DNA of 64,000 nt from Adineta vaga (Eukaryota; Animalia; Rotifera). The notes under the pieces are model-generated. The model saw only the letters and a list, made by a program, of their open reading frames with translations, did not search any database and was not told the DNA's origin. The position numbers and the translations under genes were made by a program. How positions within the stretch are numbered: the stretch's first letter is position 1; every line of letters starts with the position of its first letter. The stretch lies in the NCBI GenBank assembly GCA_021613535.1, contig CP075493.1:10205179-10269178 (forward strand), in the 5' to 3' direction. This document shows, piece after piece, positions 39,457 to 51,746 of the stretch.

Positions 39457-41767
39457 TTGTCATTTTTTTTCCTCCTTTCTCGTTTGTACTAGTTGTATTC
39501 TTATATCCATAGCTGGTGTTTTAGGTAACAATACCATCCGTTCACGTTGATCCGTTTCTTCCTCGCGTTCTCTCATACTGCAACAAAAAAACAAATATAT
39601 CCGACATTTCGTTTCTCTTCTTACCTTCGTAATATGATCAAACATACACCAGATAACACTAACATCAACACACAGAACATAAATATTATGGACAAACTAA
39701 AATGCTAGAGATGAAAAGAATAAAATAAAATAAAATAAAATATGTGATATTGTTGATGAATCTTACCCATATGATGATACTAAACATGAAAACAAATCGT
39801 GGAATACGAAAATAGTTCATAAGAGTTGCTCGAACTACGAAAAGATCAGAGAATGAGTGAAATGACATATTTTAATGTTGTATTACCTGAATCAGGGAGA
39901 TATTGACTTCGTAATAGACTGATGGATGGCAAATAAATACCAACACATAGTTCAAACAAACATAAACCAATAAATACCAGTATTTGAGCCTAGAAAGTTT
40001 TCGATTTATATAAAAAACGAATCATCAAGTATATTTATTCGGCACAACTTTCAACTTCGAAAGCAAGGATGACTATTTCACAGATATTATTAATTTCTGT
40101 AACAACTCCTTTATCTCAATATTTATTAAACTAAGACGATAGTTTTCTTCTTCATTTCTCTTTTGTATCGAAATTTAAGATTCAATAAAAACTGAATATA
40201 CTAACATTTGGTAAAATCACAGGTATACTCAGCGCAACAGCAGCCAATAGAATTACCACTCTACAGAGTCAAAAATAATATTTTAAATCAGAAGCAGAAA
40301 TCATAGACATACAACTTACGGCAGATAATAATGAACATCATATCGTTTTGATAGTTCTTTGAAAGCAAATGCACCCATCATGTTAAATGTCTATTGTATA
40401 TCCATGAATAATCATACACATACAGATCACTTCATACAAAACGACATTCTTACCATAAATCCAGAAAACATGAAACCTAGCGGTAAAGGATCAGAAATAG
40501 CCCACACTTTGGCTGCTTCAAGTGCAGGTGTCCATTCGATCGAATAAATATAAATCGTTGCTTCAAAAAGACCAGTAATCAAACCAACTAACACCACACG
40601 AGGCTCTAAATATATCAATGTATTTAGTCATCATCTGTGTTTTCCCAAACTACATTCGATATGGGAATACACTGACCATCACGAAGTATGTTAAAAGCAG
40701 TAATGAATGATGTCATTGGTTTTGCTTCTCGATCACCATAGTTTTCTGTCCACATCCACAATGTAAACAATATCATCACTATATAAACACCAATGGCAAT
40801 GTCAAATGGTGCTCTACAAGATAGATATTGATGTGAAAGCATGAGATGATGAGAGAAGTGAATATTTCGAGTCACTTCCGATTGATATCTAGTCACACTT
40901 ACGCATATCCAAGTGATTCTGCTGTAAACTGAGCGATGATACCTGATGTAACTGCTGCTAATGTCGCACACACAACTATAAATGAGAAACAGATATAGAT
41001 ACATCGTATCTAAAATGATAATATGACTTACAAGCATTGCGTAGTAGATGTTTGAGTGATTCAGTGTCCAAACCATGCTAAGAAAAAAGACAAGATCAAT
41101 TGCAAATTCATTCGATTCAATATGAAAATAATACTTTGTGATATTCTTGTAACAGCCACACTTCGAAGTTTGTATTATAGAATGAGTGACCGATGCCACG
41201 AAACATACTTCCAATAATGAGGATCGATAGAATGTTGAAATTCTTTAAAAAAATAGACGCGATGTAACTAAAATGCGTATGGAAGTAATATGATGATGAT
41301 ACTGACAAGTGAAAGGCAATGAATCGCATAGAAGAGAGATGATAGAATACATGCTAGTCGACGACCACTAAATCCAAAAGAAGAAAGCATTGATAATATC
41401 TATTTGGTGAATATTCGTACAAATAGTGAAGATGAAAATGCACTTACAATTTATCAGAAAGTGAAGATGCTACAGTACCAAGACATAGTGTAGAAAGATG
41501 TGCACAAAGATAAATGGATTCGATTGTTGACCGTTGAATATTGTATGAACTAAGGAGAGCATAACGATAAGATGCTTGAATATTGTTACCAGCTGAATAA
41601 AAGAGAAAAAGAATATAATTATAATATTTTAGACTGATTTTCGTGATGGAAATAAAGACGAATATACCTGCAGCAAGTCCATAGGCAATCAGATAGACTG
41701 CTTGAAGTTGTTGAAATACGGGTGAAGTTGAAGATGTATCAAATGAATGTTCAGAATCAATAGCCAT
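39457..41767 (-). CDS. MFSD5: MFSD5-like major-facilitator transporter (molybdate-anion transporter family), tandem copy A, multi-exon.
   Basis: N-terminal exon (ORF 41444-41767) MAIDSEHSFD...VFQQLQAVYLIAYGLAAGI...AGNNIQASYRYALLSSYNIQRSTIESIYLCAHLSTLCLGTVASSLSDKL matches human ...EGQIAILYVCGLASTVLFGLVASSLVDWLG. WTENYGDREAKPMTSF... (ORF 40624-41214) matches WGENYDRQRAFS. EPRVVLVGLITGLFEATIYIYSIEWTPALE... (ORF 40427-40618) matches DRRVLLLGTIQALFESVIFIFVFLWTPVLD. Terminal exon ends ...TDQRERMVLLPKTPAMDIRIQLVQTRKEEKK* at 39457. Confidence 0.75.
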
Positions 41768-44700
41768 ACTATTTTGTAATATAATTGCTCCTATGTTAAG
41801 CTAGAAAAGTTATGTATGATCGTGCGTGACGGATTATTTCGTTGTTTTATATGGACGTATGTTTCGATTTGACAACCCTATTTACCATATAGTAGTGACC
41901 GTTCGATTTGGGTAGACAAATATCTATGGATTCATATGAACGAACAAAAATTGTTACGAGGACAAAGTAGAGTGGGTCATTCAATATACTTTTGTTCTAC
42001 TAATGTATTTGTATAAGTTACAATGTTCATGCAGAGAATGATGGACTCTAAGGATTTATTGCATTTAAAATCAATAACACTGTGTTTTAAACAAAGTACT
42101 TTGAGGAAAAAATTGTGACAACGGAGCTATTTCTCAACAACAAGAAGTAAGCGAGAGGAATACGAGCTAGAAACTCTTTTTGAAAATGTCATATAGCTTT
42201 TTGTCTCCTCCCACTCAAATATAAGTAAGATGAAAAAAATAAAGAATACTTCGTCCAAGAACATATTCGAAAGAACGATTCTTTTCAGGAATAAATCCAG
42301 TAAAAATCTCAGTTGCAAACATTTCTCATTTAATACTTTATTTAATCTACAATTCATATGCACGCGATCTTCGCACATATTAGTGAACTCATCACGTTCT
42401 TTCGCCTTCACTACCTGTAATACTTTTCCTTTATATCGTATATTGTAGTACTAAAATGCCATCTTTTTCCTAGAACTATAGGCAAGTTAGTATTCAAGGA
42501 AATGAAATCATTGCTCATTATATATTTTCAGACATTCGTTTTACTTACATGTCATATATGTATTTTTTTCAATCGATTCTTTTCTTTCAAGATTACAAAA
42601 CTGTACGTGTATGGCAGTAACTTATAAAAAGATCAATAACAGTGACTGTGTTCATAAAAAGTCTTTGTAGCGTATCCTTTCCTTCAAAAGATAAGATTTC
42701 TTCTTGTCTATATTTCAGACACATCAATGTATTTTTAGGTTATCTTTTTCAACAGATAAATGTACTTATAGCTGATTGCTCTCTTACTGACATACAGATT
42801 CTCACTTAAACACAAATTAAGTGTCAATTTTTTTCTTTGCATTAACACACTATCACGACAAACAAACAACGTTTTTCCATTTCTTCTATTGTTCATTGAG
42901 AATATTGATTGATACACTGCGATGATCAATTCCATTCCATAGTCCTCTCATTTGTGGTAGTTTTAGTTTTATACCTACAGATGGTGATGTAGACAACAAT
43001 ACCATCCGTTCACGTTGATCCGTTTCTTCCTCGCGTTCTCTCATACTGCAACAAAAAAACAAATATATCCGACATTTCGTTTCTCTTCTTACCTTCGTAA
43101 TATGATCAAACATACACCAGATAACACTAACATCAACACACAGAACATAAATATTATGGACAAACTAAAATGCTAGAGATGAAAAGAATAAAATCAAATA
43201 TGTGATATTGTTGATGAATCTTACCCATATGATGATACTAAACATGAAAACAAATCGTGGAATACGAAAATAGTTCATAAGAGTTGCTCGAACTACGAAA
43301 AGATCAGAGAATGAGTGAAATGACATATTTTAATGTTGTATTACCTGAATCAGGGAGATATTGACTTCGTAATAGACTGATGGATGGTTCATAAACTCCA
43401 ACACAAAATTCAAATAAAAAAATACCAAAAAGAACCAATGATTGAACCTGAAAATTAGTGTATTATAAAGATAAAAAGCATTCAGTGAAATACTGACGTT
43501 AGAAAACATTGCTGTCATTGAAACTGCGACTACGCCGAGCATGATTATCACTCTGAAAATTATCATCATACTAACACTATGATAGATCTCAGTTATAGAA
43601 CTTACAGCATATATGAATGAACATCATATCGTTTTGATAGTTCTTTGAAAGCAAATGCACCCATCATGTTAAATGTCTATTGTATATCCATAAATAATCA
43701 TACACACACAGATCACTTCATACAAAACGATATTCTTACCATAAATCCAGAAAACATGAAACCTAGCGGTAAAGGATCAGAAATAGCCCACACTTTTGCT
43801 GCTTCAAGTGCAGGTGTCCATTCGATCGAATAAATATAAATCGTTGCTTCAAAAAGACCAGTAATCAAACCAACTAACACCACACGAGGCTCTAAACATA
43901 TCAATGTATTTAGTCATCATCTGTTTTTTCCCAAACTACGTTCGATATGGGAATACACTGACCATCACGAAGTATGTTAAAAGCAGTAATGAATGATGTC
44001 ATTGGTTTTGCTTCTCGATCACCATAGTTTTCTGTCCACATCCACAATGTAAACAATATCATCACTATATAAACACCAATGGCAATGTCAAATGGTGCTC
44101 TACAAGATAGATATTGATGTGAAAGCATGAGATGATGAGAGAAGTGAATATTTCGAGTCACTTCTGATTGATATCTAGTCACACTTACGCGTATCCAAGT
44201 GATTCTGCTGTAAACTGAGCGATGATACCTGATGTAACTGCTGCTAATGTCGCACACACAACTATGAATGAGAAATAGATATAGATACATCGTATCTAAA
44301 ATGATAATATGACTTACAAGCATTGCGTAGTAGATGTTTGAGTGATTCAGTGTCCAAACCATGCTAAGAAACAAGACAAGCAATTGCAAATTCATTCGAT
44401 TCAATATGAAAATAATACTTTGTGATGTTCTTGTAAGATCCAAGCCTCAAAGTTTGTGTTGTAGAGTGAATGAGCCATACCACGAAATATGCTTCCAATA
44501 ATGAGGATCGATAGAATGTTGAAATTCTTTAAAAAGAATAGACAACACGTAGTTAAAATGTGAATGAGATATATATGATGATAATGATACTGACAAGTGA
44601 TAGACAATGAATGACATAGAAGAGAGATGATAGAATGCATGCGAATCGACGTCCACTGAAAAGAATTAGAGCAGTAGATTGATTTTCTTGAAATATTATG

Positions 44701-45060
44701 GCAATTCTGTCGAAACAAATACTGTTGAATAGAGACTTACAATGTATCCGATAGTGATGATATCACGGTACCAAGGCATAAAGTCGAAAGATGTGCACAA
44801 AGATAAATGGATTCGATTGTAGATCGTTGAAGATTATAGGAATGAAGGAGAGCATATCGATAAGGACCTTGAAGATTGTTGCCGACTAAAGAATTAATTG
44901 AGAAATGTATAAAAACTTGTTCTTTTATTCATTTGAAAAATATACCTGCAGCAAGTGTGTAAACAAGCAAATAGTTGGTTTGCAGTTCTTTGAATACGAA
45001 TGGATTGGAAAAGGATGTATATAATAAACCATTCATATTGTTAGGCAAAATAGTTTTCAT
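39460..45060 (-). repeat. Tandem segmental duplication of about 3.4 kb (copy offset 3426 bp) covering the two MFSD5-like genes. Blocks of near-100% nucleotide identity, including introns, alternate with divergent blocks.
   Basis: 39481-39895 matches 42907-43375 (identical apart from an (ATAAA)n length difference). 40300-41300 matches 43590-44520, giving near-identical ORFs. Intervening segments (about 39900-40290 versus 43380-43585) and the 5' exons are divergent. Confidence 0.85.
42883..45059 (-). CDS. MFSD5: MFSD5-like major-facilitator transporter, tandem copy B. The 3' two-thirds is nearly identical to copy A, introns included; the N-terminal exons diverge.
   Basis: ORFs 43910-44443, 43713-43904 and 42886-43113 are near-identical to ORFs 40624-41214, 40427-40618 and 39460-39645. 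N-terminal exon MKTILPNNMNGLLYTSFSNPFVFKELQTNYLLVYTLAAG at about 44945-45059 differs from copy A. Confidence 0.7.
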
Positions 45061-45582
45061 TGTACTAAATTGTACAGAAATGAAGATAACGTATATTTGT
45101 AAAATGTAAATAATTCTTTTATTTCTACGTATACTGATGTATTGATCGATCCTAAAATGAATAGACTACTTGTTCATTTGCCAGCATCCAAAGTAATAAT
45201 GATTGCATGTGTGAGTTAATTATCGTATTCTTTGATCCTACGATACGTGAATTTCTGACATATAGTTTTTTTTCAAATAGACGAATGATAAATGAACTCG
45301 ATGCATGCAAAACTTCCACATTTTGAGTGTTTTTCTTAATACAAAGAATCTCTTAATCAAAACGTGTAGGTCAAACAATAGAATAAATTTCTAAGTAATA
45401 CAAAGCAAATTGGATTAATTTCAATTACTCAATTCTATTCTTAGAAGAAATCTATGTTGAAGATGCCGTGTACAACAGTGAATAAAAATCATCATCGTTC
45501 GATTCGATTTGTACAAATTGTTTATTAAATAGTTCTTCAAGATTATCGAAAAAATAAAAAGAATTTGAAACTGAGCTAATTA

Positions 45583-46116
45583 TTATGTGTATGAATAGTG
45601 AGTTCGTTTGATTCGTTTATGATTCTTATTGATACCTTCAGATGGATCGTCATTCTTATCAATTATGACTTCAATTGACTTACCATTGTTGCCAAGAAAG
45701 TATTTTATTCTTTTCTTATTCAACCATTTGATTGTATCCAATATTGAATTTGGCAAAGAATTATTGTGATGAAATGTAATCGTCTGTACATGTTTGATAT
45801 ATTTGAGAATCAATTTGACTTGATGAATGTCAATTGTGTGAATTTTAAGATGACGAATACGACGATAAGATACTATCGAACAGATGATTGGAATTCTCTC
45901 GTCGAAATCATCAATAATTGTTAATGTAAGTGTTTGAATATGGAATGCTTTCTCTAATAATTCTCTGATTGTTTCCGAACGAATGATAGATCCATAGTGT
46001 TCGATTAGCGAGATTTCATCTAATTGAGAAAGATTTATTAATGTAGATAGACGAATAATTAAATCATCTGCACATTCATCATTGATGTACAAAATAAGTT
46101 TATTAATATTTTCCAA
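45583..46116 (-). CDS. LRR-like protein fragment: a paralogous partial copy of the adjacent F-box/LRR gene, or a 3' exon. It lacks an ATG start, so it may be a pseudogene or part of a larger transcript.
   Basis: ORF 45583-46116 is L/I-rich with LxxLxL periodicity (LSQLDEISLIEHYGSIIRSETIRELLEKAFHIQTLTLTIID...HLKIHTIDIHQVKLILKYIKHVQTITF). An upstream in-frame stop lies immediately 5'; the first residue is TTG-encoded. Confidence 0.35.
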   Translation of the reverse strand: MENINKLILYINDECADDLIIRLSTLINLSQLDEISLIEHYGSIIRSETIRELLEKAFHIQTLTLTIIDDFDERIPIICSIVSYRRIRHLKIHTIDIHQVKLILKYIKHVQTITFHHNNSLPNSILDTIKWLNKKRIKYFLGNNGKSIEVIIDKNDDPSEGINKNHKRIKRTHYSYT

Positions 46117-46239
46117 AGAACACTGACGACCAAGTCTATTCTAGAAGAGAAACAAAAATACTAATAAATTTTTGACTGTGTCATAAAAACTAGAGTATTA
46201 TTATTTCTACTCAAATTATAATTTAAAAAGTCTTGGAAG

Positions 46240-47415
46240 TTAAGAAATGGTGTCACTTACATTCTTTAGTGATGCAGAACTGATGCGTAAAGTCCACTCT
46301 TGCTTTGTTCTTGATATGTTATTACTTCTTATCGTCGTTGCCCAATATGCGATAGTTCCAGTAGAACGGTTTTCAAGAAACATCTCAGTTGAAAATATTG
46401 GTGAGTGAAGAGTGATGCTTGCAGAATAAATAGATTCCATATATCTAGCAGTAACAAACCATTGTTTCTTGTCGAGCCAAAATGCTGTACAAAATGGAAC
46501 GAGAATTGATTCCATGTTTACGTTCTTCTCACTTGAATAAACAAAATAGAAATAGAATGTTTTAAGTAATGGTAGTTTTTCACCGATGAAATATTCCCAT
46601 AGAAGAAATCGTTGAACAAAATCAGATGAAACTAATGAATTCGTTTGGAATTTGAGATAAATAAGAGATGAAAAAAGTGATAAGAAAGATTCGAATACCT
46701 CAATTGCTTCAGGAATCGCATTGAGTGTTAATGAAGTCAATTGATAATATGGAATTCCTTGATCAATGGATATATTCCATTCATTCATCGCAAAAACCCG
46801 CAGATTTGTTGACTGACCAAGAATATGAGATAATTGTTCATTAGTACATGTTTTAATTCTTAATTCATAAATTTTCCATTGAATGGGCCATGTTATTCGA
46901 TTCATGATTGTATTTTCAACATCAAAAGTTAATTTTCGAAGACTTGGCATAGCAATGACGGAGGACAGAAGTTCGATCGTATCATTACCAAGTAATTTTC
47001 TCTCCTTGATTCTGAATGAAAATGACTTGATAGTATTCATCATAATGAGAGGATTAATAATTATATGCAAATCAAATTCATCGATACCACAAAGTGTCAA
47101 TGATCGAAGTTGGTTTAATTCATAAATAAAGACAGATCGTAAGAAGATTCCAATCATATTTACTTTATAAGATGTATTTTTCAGAGAAAGCGAACTAACA
47201 TTGTTGGTTTGCAAAGCTCGACATAATCGAGAAATAGTTGTTTTAGATGATTCAGATGTAAATTTAATTGATAAACGATTATAACTATCAACAATTGTAT
47301 AAAATCGTTTGCATACTGAACGAACTGAAAGTAGAATAAGTTCAGTATCAAGTTGATCAAGAATACGATGAACAAGTTCTACAGGTAATGTTAGAAAAGT
47401 TGCTGTCGATTCCAT
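46240..47415 (-). CDS. F-box protein with leucine-rich-repeat-like body (lineage-specific F-box/LRR family), single ORF of 391 aa.
   Basis: N-terminal F-box LPVELVHRILDQLDTELILLSVRSVCKRFYTIVDSYNR, followed by repeated L-rich segments (LRSLTLCGIDEFDLHIIINPL..., LRKLTFDVENTIMNRI..., LTSLTLNAIPEAIEVFESFLSLFSSLIYLKF). Confidence 0.7.
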   Translation of the reverse strand: MESTATFLTLPVELVHRILDQLDTELILLSVRSVCKRFYTIVDSYNRLSIKFTSESSKTTISRLCRALQTNNVSSLSLKNTSYKVNMIGIFLRSVFIYELNQLRSLTLCGIDEFDLHIIINPLIMMNTIKSFSFRIKERKLLGNDTIELLSSVIAMPSLRKLTFDVENTIMNRITWPIQWKIYELRIKTCTNEQLSHILGQSTNLRVFAMNEWNISIDQGIPYYQLTSLTLNAIPEAIEVFESFLSLFSSLIYLKFQTNSLVSSDFVQRFLLWEYFIGEKLPLLKTFYFYFVYSSEKNVNMESILVPFCTAFWLDKKQWFVTARYMESIYSASITLHSPIFSTEMFLENRSTGTIAYWATTIRSNNISRTKQEWTLRISSASLKNVSDTIS

Positions 47416-47890
47416 AAGTATCTTTACAATAGAATTTTTATTTTATTTGATGGAGAAAAAAAAAGAAACTATTTCGTAAGACAGTTGAAATAAAACACAT
47501 GTGTAATTTCTTTTGATATAAGTAGAAAAATAGAATAATATATGAGTCATTCTACCGTAAGTTACACAAACACACATAACGACTATGATGAAATTTAATA
47601 AAGATCGAAATAACAAATATATTCTTCTTTTTTTTTCCTAAAAGAAATATTATGCAAAATACAGATTATTTAAACTTTTAATAAACAGTGATTCTTAAAG
47701 AAGATATAGGTCAATCATTCATCAACATAAACAAAAAATATTGAGAGATCAATTATAGCAATTATCTATTGACAACCAAATGATATTAGTGTGACATGTT
47801 TATTCATTTATTTTTGTTTATATAACATATACAATGACAGAGAAGAAAAAAAAGAAGTCGGACGGAATAAAACATATAAATGTCTCGTCA

Positions 47891-50835
47891 TTAAACGGTT
47901 GTTACTGCTTGTTTCATTAATTTAACATTACTTAAATCTTCGAGATTGTCATCATCATCATCATCTATATCTGTTAAATTTGATATTCGTGTTTTTTCTT
48001 TTCGTAAATAATCTTTCGTTTTGATTATAAAGAAAATCAATAGAAAACCGATACATAAAGATAATAGTATTAAAATAAAAATCATCGAAATTAAAATATA
48101 ATGTTGTCGAAGAAATGGAAATGATATTAAATAAGAATCATTTACTGATGTCGATTGAGAACAATTTGAAGAAAATTGATCAAGATTTGAAAATGGTTGA
48201 CAATGTATATAATCATCACATACCAATGAATGATGAATACAAAATGATGTTTCATTTGATGGTTCACAATCAATATAATCTGTAGAACATTTATGATCAA
48301 TTTTCATTTGAATGATTGTCCATGTTAAATGAAAACCTTTCAATGATTCTTTTGTTTGACGATTTAATGAAATAAATTGTAATGTAAACCAATTTGATTT
48401 TGTAAATATATATGAAATCACTTCTTGTTGTCCACATAATTCATCAATACGTTCTTCACTTGAGATTCTTAAAACGGATGATTGACATCCTTGAGGAGGA
48501 TCTTTTGTTTGTGAACCTTCCATATCAAGAATAGTTAAATCAAGTTTAAATTGGTATCCAATTCTTGTACGATAGGACCATTCACAAATAATATTTTCGG
48601 GATAACCATGACTTGATAAATTTCCTGATAATTGTTCATTTTCATTTATATCAATAATTGGATCGAATGGATTTCGACATTTCGATGAAAAGAATGAATG
48701 TGTTCGATTAATAAATTCATATCGTCCATCGAAACCTAAGCCTGTTTCTGTATCATTATTTGAACGAAAATGTATACGAAATTGTTCGATTGAACGATTT
48801 GTTAAATAGGGTGATGGATAATTTCTATATCCACAATAAACGTAGGGATAAGATAAATAGGATAATGAAGAATATAAACGATATGTATAAGTTAAATTAT
48901 CGGATGGACAATGAAGAACATCATTATCAGCAATATTAAAATAATCATACCAGATAAGAAGACGAGAATTTGGATTAAGAATATTAAAATGAAATGTACA
49001 ATTTGAATTGGAAAAATAATCTTGATCCGATGACCGTGGTGGTTCAAATTTTCCTTTTTGAAGAAAAAATAAACAATTAAAACATGAATTATTCTCTCCT
49101 TTTCTTACCATTTAATGCCCGTGATTGATAATAGTAAAGACTACAATCCGTTCGATTAGTTGGATCAGTTGATATTTGATGATAACTTCTAATAAATTTA
49201 TATTTTGCTTGAAATTTTCCTCCATGAATCAATGATGGTAATAGATGACTTGTTTGACGATGATTCGGAATAAAAGATAATTTTAACAATGCATTCTGTG
49301 AAAGAAAACGTCCTTCAGGTTTAAAATGTCCACAAAATGTAAGATTATCTTTAAAATCAACTGCTTGTTGATAATAATTATTAAATGTCGAATTTATCAA
49401 TGAATGAGATTTTGATGAATGTAATTGATAATCATAGATTCGACTAGCATTATAGATAACAAAGATTGCTAATTGACAATCGACATCAAATTGTTCAAAT
49501 TCAATTTCAACATTTTCTAAACCATAACGATCATCAACACCTAATAAATAGGTTGAACAAGATGTTTGTGGTTTATAAAAATTTGGCCAATTCGGTGATT
49601 GAATTAATCCATAACCTTGACCAAAAGATTTGATTGTTTGATCACATTCTGTTCCTGATATATATTGATTCGATTGATTTCTTGTAATAAAATCTAATTT
49701 TGTTAATGTCGAAAGAAATTCATATTCAGCATAGAAACCTTTACGCCATAATAATGGTATTGATGCTTCATTTGATTGTATTTGTTCGTCATCAGTCAAC
49801 TCTGCATAATGTGTGGTAATGAAATATAGTAATAACGAATTCTTTGTTGAATAAACATCTAATGGCATTGAATATGTTCCGCAAAGATCTGTTATATGAT
49901 GAGGATCGATTTGTTCGGATAAAATTTCATCATCAAATTGATTGACTTGCTTAAAACCTGAGAGAAATCGTTGCAATTCAATTGAATGAAATGTATTATC
50001 ATATATACGAATTAGATCTATGGCACAATGTTGAGTATTTGGTGTTTTAAATAACATTAAATCACGAAAACGTATATGAATACGTTCATTTGATTGACCA
50101 ATAAATGAATAATTACAAAATTGCCACTAGAAACAAAAGAGAAAAACGATATTAATTGTTCAAACCTTTCTTTTTACCGGTGGATATGTTCCAGGATAGG
50201 TAGATGAAAAGAATTCTCCACGTTTTGATATCGATGAATTAAAAATATAATCACATGGTTCATGTATAAGATTGTCTTTATATCGTTGTGTAGGTATAAA
50301 ACGAAATGAACCATTAAAACCTCTTTCAGTTTTTGTATCTTCAGTAAAGAATCCTAATAAAAGTAGATTTGTCACGGATATCAATAATGGTGGTTTATTT
50401 CGTCCACAAAAACGATGAAGTAACTGATCATTGACTTGATTAAAATCTGTTAGATTAATAAATACATCGAGATAATCATGAGTACACTGAGGTGAAACAC
50501 CACGAATTTGAAAAAAGTCAATTTCAATAACAACACGATAATCTTTGGAAGCTGTAAATTGATAAAATAAAATTGTATCTTGTGGATAATTATTAGGAAA
50601 ATTAGGACCTGAAAAAAACAAAACAAGAATTACTGCAATCGAAAAAAAACAGAAGAAAATTTTTATTTAATCTACTTGAAAAAACACCACCATCCGATCC
50701 ATATTGAGACATATTGAAACTAAGATATTGTGTTTCAACAGTCTCCAATGATTTATATGATGAATCTTCTTGACATTCGATATACCATTTAAATAATATC
50801 AAATAAATGTATAGAAAAATAAATAAGAAATTCAT
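47891..50835 (-). CDS. Type I membrane protein with signal peptide, about 4 CUB domains, one LDL-receptor class A module, a TM helix and an acidic cytoplasmic tail (Neto / LEV-10-like auxiliary-subunit architecture).
   Basis: Signal peptide MNFLFIFLYIYLILF (ORF 50602-50835). CUB 1 GPNFPNNYPQDTILFYQF...YRVVIEIDFFQI...CTHDYLDVF...FCGRNKPP...GFNGSFRF (ORF 50160-50621). CUB 2 GTECDQTIKSFGQGYGLIQSPNWPNFYKPQTSCSTYLLGVDD...CGHFKPEG (ORF 49089-50057). Further CUB-like modules and LDLa-like CSTDYIDCEPSNETSFCIHHSLVCDDYIHCQ, then TM ILISMIFILILLSLCIGFLLIFFII and tail ...DIDDDDDDNLEDLSNVKLMKQAVTTV* (ORF 47891-49111). The 23-nt frame overlap between the two large ORFs implies a short intron. Confidence 0.7.
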
Positions 50836-51723
50836 GATGAAATTTGATTAAAAATAATAAGATACATTTTGACGACATAGTTGCCGTCATTGATAAATGA
50901 AAAACATTCAATATATCATAGAAATCTGGATTATCAATACATAGATACGTATGGACGAATAAAATCTACAATGAAGACAATACCCTTCATGAATTGATTG
51001 ATGTCGTAAAGAGTTTTGTGCTACTAATCATCTCTACGTCTGTCTTTTCTTTCTAATGATATTCCTTGGATAGAATGTTTAGATATATTATACAAAGCAT
51101 AGATAATTTGTACGATTGACTGTGTTTTATATAAACTAGAGGGAGAGAGCGAAAGAAGCTGGATGAAAATCACCTTAATGTGCTATCGACAGTCGTCAAT
51201 ATATGTTTCGCATTATATGAATATGGAAAGAAAAAGAAGGAGATGAAGTCTTTTCAAAGAATCATTTCTTTTTTTTTCGATAAGATAGGATTGTTGAAAA
51301 GAGATGCATCAGATGGAAGTTATCATCTGTTTTTTTGACATTGAATTAAGATGAAATGTCGTCGATTGTCCTTAATCAAGACTACTGATTCTTATCAATA
51401 AGTAATTATAAAATATCAGTAAATATCATGAAAAAAAGAAACTTTTCTGATACATAATTATCTCAAGATCGATGATTGATTAGTTGAAATATTTCGATAA
51501 TGTATCATCAGACAGACAACCTATTCTGTTCTTTTGTATACGTACTTACTGTCAGTTCTCACTTTGTTCATACATAAAATGATTGTGTATATTGTATACT
51601 GTCTATCATATCATATTTAGTTCAACTTTACTCGATATATTGAGTGATATGTATGTATATAGAGAACTTGACGTTATTGTTTTTCTTCTTCTTCTTCATC
51701 AAATGTTGTATGATTGGTTAAGT

Positions 51724-51746
51724 TAATATATATATATATATATATA
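51724..51746. repeat. (TA)n microsatellite in the intergenic region between the CUB receptor and PLD.
   Basis: atatatatatatatatatatata at 51724-51746. Confidence 0.85.
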
